A DNA stretch of 63,538 nucleotides, the filler included, from Octopus bimaculoides (lineage: Eukaryota), in the NCBI RefSeq assembly GCF_001194135.2. It is 8 parts of 4 records of this genome, joined end to end, with 100 filler letters (N's around TTAATTAATTAA, not from the genome) between each part and the next. Parts side by side here need not be neighbours in the genome. Positions count along the whole stretch, not along the records: positions 45,741 to 55,290 come from NC_068985.1; positions 55,391 to 60,491 come from NC_068983.1; positions 60,592 to 62,226 come from NW_026414186.1; positions 62,327 to 63,538 come from NC_068985.1; 4 more parts are not named here. The stretch is one strand, 5' to 3'. How positions within the stretch are numbered: position 1 is the first letter of the stretch; every line of letters starts with the position of its first letter. Below are positions 53,628-63,538 of this stretch, piece by piece. The translations under genes and the position numbers were made by a program. The notes under the pieces were generated by a model. The model did no database searches, was not told where the DNA came from, and worked only from the letters and a program-made list of their open reading frames with translations.

Positions 53628-54501
53628 TTGTTAAACAGGACGTCAAACACTAAGGAAAGTCTAACAGCTCAAGTCATATACAATATTATTATAGGAAGAA
53701 ATTCAAAATCCTACAGTTGTGTGTGTGCAGATAGTCGAGAAAGGAAGAGCTAGTTGAATGTTAAATTATTTATGATTAGGAGTTAGGGTTAGGAGTTTAT
53801 AGTAGGGGATTTATTGGGTTAAGGTTTTGACATCTTGGAGGCTGTCACAGTCTTCCCAATCAACATAACTCAACAGATTTGATATGTCCGAACCAGCCGG
53901 GATACTTCCAGTCATAACACGACTTAATATTTTGAGTAGAAGGTGATAATCTGTCGCATATGGAGACTATGGAGTAATTCAGTGCGCGTAATTCGCTCTT
54001 GAAGAGAACTCCATGATTTGGAACTCACTTGACCAGATAACATATGCTAGCTTTCCATATTTCTTTGAGGAATTATTTCAGATATGTGTGTTGCTGATTT
54101 TAGCTATCATGTTTTAGACTACACACAGTGATACGATACGCCTTTCAAGGTTGTTGCTTTCAAAAACTTGGTTGTGATAGCAACTTGTGCCTCCTTCCCA
54201 TTCACCATCAGAACTGTTACGCTTGGGTCAGGATTACCTCCTTCTCATCCGAGGAGAATCATATATATTGCACCGATTTCGTCAAGAGAATGCCTACTCG
54301 GTGAGTAACCCCACCCACTTACTGAGTCGGCGTCGTTATTCTTGTTGTTGTTGCTGTTGTGGATGTTTTTGTTCCTACTGTCGTTGCTGTCGCTGTGGTT
54401 TGTGTCGTTACAAAAGTTAAAAAGCTGTCATAAAATTAGGAGCCGAATGTAAGACCCGCTGATCGAGCTGATCGAGCCCGTTAATTTGTTACTGTGAAAT
54501 T

Positions 54502-54568
<67 letters not shown>

Positions 54569-54569
54569 T

Positions 54570-54734
54570 TACAAAATTAAGAGGAACGACCACCAAAGTG
54601 GACTCCTATATGCTAGATATAGACGTCAAATCGCCTAACCACGACTGAGAACATACTCTTCGTGGTTAGACAATTTGACGTATATATCTAGCATATAGGA
54701 GTCCACTTTGGTGGTCATTCCTCTTACTTTTGTA
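54570..54734. repeat. ~165-bp foldback with ~75-bp arms directly after a (TA)n tract
   Basis: tacaaaattaagaggaacgaccaccaaagtggactcctatatgctagatata... mirrored by ...tatatctagcatataggagtccactttggtggtcattcctcttacttttgta; about five mismatches. Confidence 0.92.
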
Positions 54735-54842
54735 TGTAATATAATTTTAATCTTCGGATATTTTAAAATATGCTAAGCCACTGGTTTTAATTGATTAATA
54801 TCAATTTCTACCCGTATTATTTTATATATCTATCTATATATC

Positions 54843-54892
<50 letters not shown>

Positions 54893-54919
54893 TATATATA
54901 TACATATATATATATATAT

Positions 54920-55290
54920 GAGGATGCAGAAGTACAGAGGATGCAGAAGTACAAGTACCAAAATATGTCATACTGCGAACAGACAGAAGGGAAAGGAGCC
55001 ATGGTGGAGTTGCTGTATACATCCGTGACGACCTCACACCCCAGGTCTTACTGTCATACTCAAATTCGGTATGCGACACCCTAGTTGTATACATAAGACA
55101 ACATAATATAGTCATATGCAATACATATTGCCCACCGGATGCTCCAAACCACATAGGCAAATTTGAAGATTGCCTCACTAAAATTAAAGAAATCCTCATG
55201 AAACTGGAACACCATGTGACCATATTTCTTATGGATGATTTCAACTTCCCCAACGTCAAATGACCCGAAGGTCTCATACTCTCAGGAATG
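54920..55290 (+). mobile_element. LINE AP-endonuclease fragment (CR1/L2-like)
   Basis: PKYVILRTDRRERSHGGVAVYIRDDL...ICNTYCPPD...IFLMDDFNFPNVK. Confidence 0.85.
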
Positions 55291-55409
55291 NNNNNNNNNN
55301 NNNNNNNNNNNNNNNNNNNNNNNNNNNNNNNNNNTTAATTAATTAANNNNNNNNNNNNNNNNNNNNNNNNNNNNNNNNNNNNNNNNNNNNATATATATAT
55401 ATATATATA

Positions 55410-55560
55410 CGACGGGCTTCTTTCAGTTTCCCGTTTACCAAATCCACTCACAAGACTCTAGTCGGCTCGAGGCTATAGTAGAGGTGCCACGGTGTCACGT
55501 TGTGGAACTAGACCCGGAACCATGTGGTTGTTAAGCAAGCAACTTACCACACAGCCACTC
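55410..55560 (-). mobile_element. tRNA-derived SINE family E
   Basis: Reverse complement of the 58028-58182 copy. Confidence 0.8.
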
Positions 55561-55813
55561 TATATTTTGATAATGACTCCATAATTTACTGGTTTGGATG
55601 GAAGTAAAGCAAACAACAGCTATAAAAACAATGGAAGCAACGAGATTAATTGATTGCAGCGGAGAACATAGAAAGTACAATGAAATAAAAAGAGTTAAGA
55701 GAAATATTGGTAATTGTATTGTGGCCAAGAGAGAGAAAAGGAGAGAGAGAGAGAGAGCGAGAGAGAAGGAGAGAGCGAGAAAAAGGGAGAGTGTGTGGGA
55801 TAGAGAGAATATC

Positions 55814-55937
<124 letters not shown>

Positions 55938-56074
55938 TTATTTGTCTATCTATCCATTTATTTAACTGTCTGTTTGACTGTCTATCTATATCTATCGCTT
56001 GATATACAGTACACATATATATTCTCATACATACATACATACATACATACATAGATCTGATATAAAGATTTGAG

Positions 56075-56365
56075 ATAGAGAAGAGAAACTGTGCACAGTT
56101 GTGGAAATTAGCCGCCCAGCAGATGTCAACATAAAGCTGAAGATCAGTGAAAAGGAGAACATCTATGCTGAACTATTGAGAAATCTGCAGTTACTCTATC
56201 CAGATTACAAGTTCAGGTATATACCTGTAATTATTGGGGCCCTGGGATATATAACACACTGCCTAAATGCCAATCTTGAGAAATTAGGCTTCTCAAAACC
56301 AGAATGGAGAAAGCTGGAACTGTAAAAATCTGTAAAACTTTCCAGAAGTTTATCATTTAAATATA
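56075..56365 (+). mobile_element. R4/Dong-like restriction-like endonuclease 3' fragment
   Basis: KLCTVVEISRPADVNIKLKISEKENIYAEL...IPVIIGALG. Confidence 0.8.
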
Positions 56366-56439
56366 TATAAGCATGTCTAGATATGTAACTATATGCATGG
56401 GAATACACACTTAAACCAAAACATACAAATCTGCACAGC

Positions 56440-56850
56440 TACATACATACAAGCATACGTACATACATACATACATACATACATACATACATACATACAT
56501 ACATACATACATACATACAAACATACATACAAACATACATACATACAAGCATACATACATACATACATACATACATACATACAAACATACATACATACAT
56601 ACAAACATACATACATACATACAACGTACATACATACAAACATACATACATACATACATACATACATACAAACAAAAATACCCCGTTGTTGATGTTGAAA
56701 TTCCAATGGAAGAGCCTTGGATTCAAGTTAGAAAACGGTTCTTTCGAAATTGGCAATAAATCTTGAAATAAAACTGAACAATGGACATACATACAACGTA
56801 CATACATACAAACATACATACATACATACATACATACATACAAACATACA

Positions 56851-56883
<33 letters not shown>

Positions 56884-56890
56884 GCATACA
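56440..56890. repeat. Compound (ACAT)n microsatellite; one example of the dozens of (TA)n, (CA)n, (GA)n, (TATC)n, (TAA)n and (TAC)n tracts in the window
   Basis: Direct reading; these tracts explain most ORFs in the supplied track. Confidence 0.97.
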
Positions 56891-57190
56891 TGCAATTCGC
56901 AAGCTGCTCACTGTTACAGGAAAGTCGAACGTCAATGAAGACATAGACTTCCCACCCAAGTATGGCAGCCGTGGCCTCAGGTCGCCATTGATGTCATACG
57001 AAGCCCGTATTGTGACACGGAAATAATATCTGCTCCAGAGGTAAAAGACCAGTAACCATCTTAGCAAAGTTTGTGACCAAGAAATTAATAAGAAAATTAG
57101 GAAAGCTAATGAACTTGAGGAGAGGTATCAATTAAGACCTGATGCAGACCTCTTCCCCAGAAGCATCGTTAAAATTTATCAGAAGAAGAA
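56890..57190 (+). mobile_element. R4/Dong-like post-RT fragment
   Basis: RKLLTVTGKSNVNEDIDFPPKYGSRGLRSPLMSYEARIV resembles the DRLYLP..GGRGL region. Confidence 0.55.
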
Positions 57191-57339
57191 AAAAATATAT
57201 ATATATATAAATAAAGGAGCAGTTTACTAAGAGGATAGTACATGGGTGCTTGACACGCAAAACACGAACCATACAAGTGATTAATCATGTCATAAGCTTT
57301 GCTTGGAGTAGCAGCAAGTTAATGTTGTTGTTGTTGTTG

Positions 57340-57375
<36 letters not shown>

Positions 57376-57508
57376 TCACTGTCTGGAATCGAACTCGGAA
57401 TCGTGAGGTTAGTAGCCCGCACTCTTAAACCACTACACCATATGCCCGTGTATGTACAACATCAAAAAATACCTTAGGAATGAGAACCCAGATTCGGAAT
57501 TTCCTCAA

Positions 57509-57554
57509 GACACCTGATGAAGGCTGGAGGGTATATCAGCCGAAATATTGTGTT
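57509..57554 (+). ncRNA. Minimal type-I hammerhead ribozyme motif (canonical core, AUAU stem III) in a Penelope-like module (57458-57650)
   Basis: gacac|CUGAUGA|a|ggcug-gaggguauau-cagcc|GAA|AUAU|U|guguu. Confidence 0.7.
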
Positions 57555-58027
57555 AACAACAAACAAGACGAGGACAAATATCCATCAAATGTAAATAAGG
57601 TAAATAATGTAAATGTACATAATTCTTCGTCTCTTAAATATAGAACTGAAAAATACAATCCCTCCATGTCTATTACCAGAAATGCCGCCGACCTTCACCA
57701 CAACCACCACCACCACCACAACAACAACAACAGCAACACCAGCAGCAGCAGCAGCACCACCACCACCACCACCGCCCACACTATTACTATCGCTATGACC
57801 AGTGCACGACCAACATACACTTAAAATAACCACTAAATCTGTCGGCACTTGTAATATGCAAATGAAGGGTGTTGATATGAAATGATCGCTGATTGGTCCG
57901 TCAGTATTCCACTTACACACACCCACAGAGGATTGTATGCGCGTGCGCACAACACTCACTCTCATACACAACACATGTCTACCATACATACATACATACA
58001 CACATACGTACATACATACATACAAAC

Positions 58028-58182
58028 GTCGCTGTGTGTTAAGAAGCTTGCTTCTGAATCACATGGTTCCGAGTTCAGTCCCACTGTGTGGCACTTTAGG
58101 CCATTGTCTGTTACTATAGCATCGGGCTAACCAAAGCTTTGTGAGTGGATTTCGTACACGGAAACTGAAAGAAGCCAGTCGT
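58028..58182 (+). mobile_element. tRNA-derived SINE family E
   Basis: Head 'gctgtgtgttaagaagc' and B-box GAGTTCAGTCCC; ends gaaactgaaagaagccagtcgt plus (TA)n. Further copies at ~40785-40880 and 63060-63188. Confidence 0.8.
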
Positions 58183-58194
58183 ATATATATAAGA

Positions 58195-58231
58195 CTATTG
58201 AAAAGGTTGCAAGACGCAACGAAAATTTTAG
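58195..58231 (+). ncRNA. Minimal hammerhead-ribozyme-like motif with U3:A8 variant core
   Basis: cua|UUGAAAA|g|guugc-aagac-gcaac|GAA|AAUU|U|uag: perfect 5-bp stem II, palindromic stem III, 3-bp stem I. Confidence 0.55.
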
Positions 58232-58845
58232 GAAAATAAAAATAAGTGGAAATTTTAACGGTGAGTGTGTTAAATTTTAAGGCACAATAAGAAAATGACT
58301 CTCCCCAGACACAACAGAATATACTTCAATATGCGAACTCACATAAAGAATCTTGCAAACCAAATCCCAAAACGAAATATATATANNNNNNNNNNNNNNN
58401 NNNNNNNNNNNNNNNNNNNNNNNNNNNNNNNNNNNNNNNNNNNNNNNNNNNNNNNNNNNNNNNNNNNNNNNNNNNNNNNNNNNNNNNNNNNNNNNNNNNN
58501 NNNNNNNNNNNNNNNNNNNNNNNNNNNNNNNNNNNNNNNNNNNNNNNNNNNNNNNNNNNNNNNNNNNNNNNNNNNNNNNNNNNNNNNNNNNNNNNNNNNN
58601 NNNNNNNNNNNNNNNNNNNNNNNNNNNNNNNNNNNNNNNNNNNNNNNNNNNNNNNNNNNNNNNNNNNNNNNNNNNNNNNNNNNNNNNNNNNNNNNNNNNN
58701 NNNNNNNNNNNNNNNNNNNNNNNNNNNNNNNNNNNNNNNNNNNNNNNNNNNNNNNNNNNNNNNNNNNNNNNNNNNNNNNNNNNNNNNNNNNNNNNNNNNN
58801 NNNNNNNNNNNNNNNNNNNNNNNNNNNNNNNNNNNNNNNNNNNNN

Positions 58846-58891
<46 letters not shown>

Positions 58892-59414
58892 TACACATAC
58901 AAACGCACACAAACTCATTCATATTTACACCCATACACACATACTCACACATACATGCACATAAACACACACAAACCGAAGCATGAAATATCGTCATTAA
59001 ACGGACCATATCGCACCTTCATTTCTTTTTTTGCCTCACAAAAATTACACATACAAATGCGCGCGCGCACACACACACATACACACACATACACACAAAT
59101 ATGTGTGCGTGTGTCTGTCTTTGTATCTGTTTGTCCCCCACCTCACAGCTTAACAACCGGACTTACTCTTTGCAAGCCTACTACTTATTTTATCGGCTCT
59201 CTTTTGCCGAACTGCTAAGTTACAGGGATGTAAACGCACAAGCATCGGTTGTCAAGCGATGATGGGGGGGGGGACATACACAGACACATATATACACATA
59301 TATGCATACATACATACATACATACAAACTTACATGTGTATACATGTATGTATATTATATATGTACATATACGTATATATATATGCATATATATATATAT
59401 ATATATATATACAT

Positions 59415-59510
<96 letters not shown>

Positions 59511-59594
59511 ATACAAGGAATATATATGCATGTATACGCACATATATGTACATACATCTATGCACATACACGTTAATATCGATGTGCATTTATA

Positions 59595-60030
59595 TATTTT
59601 GTACTCTAGGCATAAGGTACAAAATGTTTGGGGAGAAGGCCAGTCGATTACATCGACCCCAGTTCGCAACTGGTATTTAATTTATCGACCGACCCCGACA
59701 GGATGAAAGCCAAAGTCGACCTCGGCAGAATTTCAAATCAGAACGTAGCGGCAGACGAAATACCGCTATGCATTTCGCCCAGCGTGCTAACGTTTCTTAA
59801 TTCTTTATTGCCCACAAGGGGCTAAACATAGAGGGGACAAACAAGGACAGACAAAGGGATTAAGTCCATTACTCGACCCAGTGCGTCACTGGTACGTAAT
59901 TTATCGACCCCGAAAGGATGAAAGGCGAAGTCGACCTCGGCGGAATTTGAACTCAGAACATAAAGACAGATGAAATACCACTAAGCATTTCGCCCAACGT
60001 GCTAACGTTTCTACCAGCTTTTCGCCGCCT
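59595..60030 (-). mobile_element. Tandem pair of SINE family A copies
   Basis: Two successive complete cores. Confidence 0.85.
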
Positions 60031-62504
60031 TACGTGTATTTATATATGCATGTGTGTATGTATACTCTCACATGCATAAGCATAAACATTAGGCGGGGCT
60101 TCAACTAGCCTTATATTGTGTGTGGCCAATACAAACTGGGCGGGGTCTCCGTGATAGTAGTTATTTTATAAACACGTGTTCACAAATAGTAAGAGGCTCC
60201 ACCTCTTTGCTAAGGCGGAGTTAATGTTAGTATAGAGAATAAATCTTTTATCTTATTACTTGTTCCAGCCATTAAGACTGATTCCGTGATGACCTTTAAT
60301 CGACCGAATAGACTCCAGACTTTTAGTTCTCTTGTTAATCCTGGTACTTATTCTCTCGATATCTTTTGCCGAAACGCTAATTACAGGGACGTAAACGCAC
60401 GGACACCGGTTGTCAAGCATTGGGATTGGGGTGCATGCACAAATACAGAGACACACGCTCTCGCGCATACACACACACACGCACACACACANNNNNNNNN
60501 NNNNNNNNNNNNNNNNNNNNNNNNNNNNNNNNNNNTTAATTAATTAANNNNNNNNNNNNNNNNNNNNNNNNNNNNNNNNNNNNNNNNNNNNCTGCCTCTC
60601 CCAAAATTTCAGTCATTGCGCCTATAGTAGAAAAGATTATTGATCCCAGTGATGCAATATATTTTGGTCTAGAAGCGATGTCCACTTTTAGATGTAGAAA
60701 ATAGAGTTGGGGGAGTCAACAATAATTGTCGGTTTAAGGTGGCAGGCTGGCGGAATTGATAGCAGACTGGACAGAATACTTTGAGGTATTTCTTCTGGTT
60801 TCATGTTCTAAGTTCAAATAACCCATTATCAACTTTGCCTTTCATCCTTTCAGGGTTGATAAAACGAGTACCAGTTGAGCACTGGGGTCGATATAATTGA
60901 CTGATTCTCTCCCTAAACTTTCAAGCCTTCTACCTAGAGCAGAAAGTTATTTTATGTCAGCTTAACATGTATTTTATTACGTTCAAAAAAAGGAGTTCTT
61001 TAAGCAAATTTTGGGGGTTTATGTGAACTGATGAACTATAAGCCACATATACACAAACATATTGTTTCATTTTCCCTGTGATTTTTATTGTTGTGCAAAT
61101 GTAAGCCTTCTTTGTTCAGCTAATTGGTGAGCTTCAGATATTTTACTCTCTTTAAGAAACCATTACATTTTCAATAATACCATATCAAAAACAAAGTTTC
61201 AAAAAAAAAAAATCAAGAATCCATGATTGGGAATTTGAGAGTTTGAGTAAAGGAGTCTCACCAGCCTCTCAAATTTTAATAGCATTCCCAAGAAAAGTTA
61301 TCTTTGACCATTGTAACTAATTATATCTTCACATTTATATCATAATATTTATTAATGAGATTCTTAGGAAAACACATGTCTTGTCAACGATTTCTTGTTC
61401 TTAAGAAATTATCTGTTACCAATGTCTTTGTAATACTGATGCAATTCCTACAGTACATCTTAATATGTGGCAAAAGGGCAGTTGGGTTGGCAGAACTAAT
61501 GGGTCACCACTGAATTAAAGTATTTGGTGTCATAGTTTTGCATACAGAGTTCAAATGCCAATAACCTATTCTTCAATATTTTCTAATTCATGGAATTTAT
61601 GTATCATAGTTGTATTCTATAAAATAACCCTCATTGATATTTTGTTCTTTTTAAATTTTATAAATACTATTCATGAGAAATAAAAAAAAATGTACAATAC
61701 CATCTGTTATTTTTAATTCTTACATTCACCTTTACAATATAGAATTTATGCTCACACAAACACACATGATTTTGGTTATTCTTGTTTAGTGTAAATGCTA
61801 CAGTCAAAAACATTAGCTGCAATAATCCAATTTTCAAATACAAGAAGTAATCAATTAATGATGAAGTGAAAAACTTAAGCAATGCATTGATTAAAACAAA
61901 TGAGTAGATTTGGTAGGTTTAGCAGATTCGGTGAGACAGCCTTGTTCACTATACATCTTTGTGGCAATGATTGTTGAACATTCAAAGATCTGAATATTCA
62001 TAAATTTTGATTCGATTTATTTATTTCCATCTCAATTCTATCACTGCATCTGTGTGTGTGTGTGTGCAAAAGAGAACACAAAAGTGGAGTTTAAAATGTT
62101 TTGGTAGCATTTTATTGATGCATTTTTAAATTACATCCTAGGAAAAATCCAACATTTTCAGGTAAAATTTTAAACACGTGTAACCAGGCAAGTTGGAAAC
62201 TAAAAGATGACCTATTAATCAACTAANNNNNNNNNNNNNNNNNNNNNNNNNNNNNNNNNNNNNNNNNNNNTTAATTAATTAANNNNNNNNNNNNNNNNNN
62301 NNNNNNNNNNNNNNNNNNNNNNNNNNTAACAGGCGGAATAAGTTCATTCAACGCTATGGAAACTAAGTTACCCAAATTCACTCAGATATGCAGTTTTGCT
62401 TGGCTGTGCATGTATACATGTATGTATGTATGTATGTATGTATGTATGTATGCATGTATGTATGTATGTATGCCTGCATGCATGTATGTATGTATGTCTG
62501 TTTA

Positions 62505-62591
<87 letters not shown>

Positions 62592-62747
62592 GTGTGTGTG
62601 TGTCTATCTACCTATCTGTGTGTCTGTCTGTGTCTGTCTGTCTGTCTATCTACCTATCTGTCTGTCTGTCTGTGTCTGTCTGTCTGTGTCTGTCTGTCTG
62701 TGTCTGTCTGTGTCTGTCTGTCTGTCCATCCATCCATCCATCCATCC

Positions 62748-62823
<76 letters not shown>

Positions 62824-63185
62824 GCTCTTTCGCGGCTGCCTTTCTGTTCAAAAGTTGTTTCATACCATCTCTGTCGGCATGTTAGTCTACGTCTGCAAAC
62901 ATGGCCGAATGGTTTAAAAGTTCGTTTCTTGAATACAAGGCCCCTGGTTCGATCTTGCTGTGTGATATTGTTCGGGCAAGTGTTTTGTCTTTAACCACAT
63001 ATTTAGGTCGGCCAAAATCTGTGAGTGAAATTGGGAAGATGGAAACTGAAGTTTGGTCCCCAGTCACATGCTACCAGGTTCAATCGCACTGCTTGGCAAC
63101 TTGAGCAAGTGACTTCTACTATAACATCGGCTCAACCAAAGCCATGTAAGTGGATTTGGTAGACAGAAACTGTAAGAAGCCCGTC

Positions 63186-63260
<75 letters not shown>

Positions 63261-63404
63261 CATATATATGTATATGTATATATATATATGTATGTATATA
63301 TATATGTATATATATGTAGAAGGTTAAAAAGAACACACGAGTTGATATATATGGAGAAAAAGGTCAAGGTAGAAAATGCTAAAATAATCTTATAAGAAAT
63401 ATTT

Positions 63405-63440
63405 CATTACCGGTTTCAGTCATTGAGACTTTTTCAACTG
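63405..63440 (-). ncRNA. Minimal hammerhead-ribozyme-like motif with U3:A8 variant core and weak stem I
   Basis: cag|UUGAAAA|aguc-ucaau-gacu|GAA|ACCGGU|A|aug. Confidence 0.4.
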
Positions 63441-63538
63441 TAAGTATGGAAAACAATTAAATTTTAGAAAAATTAAAAGGAAAGTTTGTTTTTTAAAAGA
63501 ATATTTGCATAGTATTCAAATACGAGGGGCATTTTCCT

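Overview
Repeat-saturated, AT-rich eukaryotic DNA from a gapped draft scaffold. The SINE families and microsatellite load suggest an octopus or other coleoid cephalopod (inference, not verified). The only host gene I can support is on the minus strand: a leucine-rich-repeat GPCR, most like the type-B LGRs (bursicon receptor/rickets, LGR4/5/6). It has a clear last-LRR/'YxYHCC' exon at 4829-5012 and a probable hinge exon at 1-210. I found no other LRR exon in the 58 kb upstream, so the rest is apparently intronic. That stretch holds decayed mariner, Tc1, Helitron, RTE, CR1/L2, R4/Dong and Penelope-like fragments, many tRNA-derived SINEs, foldback elements and microsatellites. The most interesting signal is a set of minimal type-I hammerhead-ribozyme motifs with palindromic stem III in Penelope-like termini. 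Three have or derive from the canonical CUGAUGA core (22410, 23467, 57509). Three more, in unrelated (TA)n-adjacent elements, carry a covariant U3:A8 core, UUGAnAA (11302, 58195, 63405). Also notable are a 1.47-kb foldback element containing telomere-like arrays, Dong-like LINEs embedded in (TAA)n, a chimeric repeat with a borrowed LINE tail, and a degenerate 48-bp tandem array. Repeat boundaries were read by eye and are approximate.
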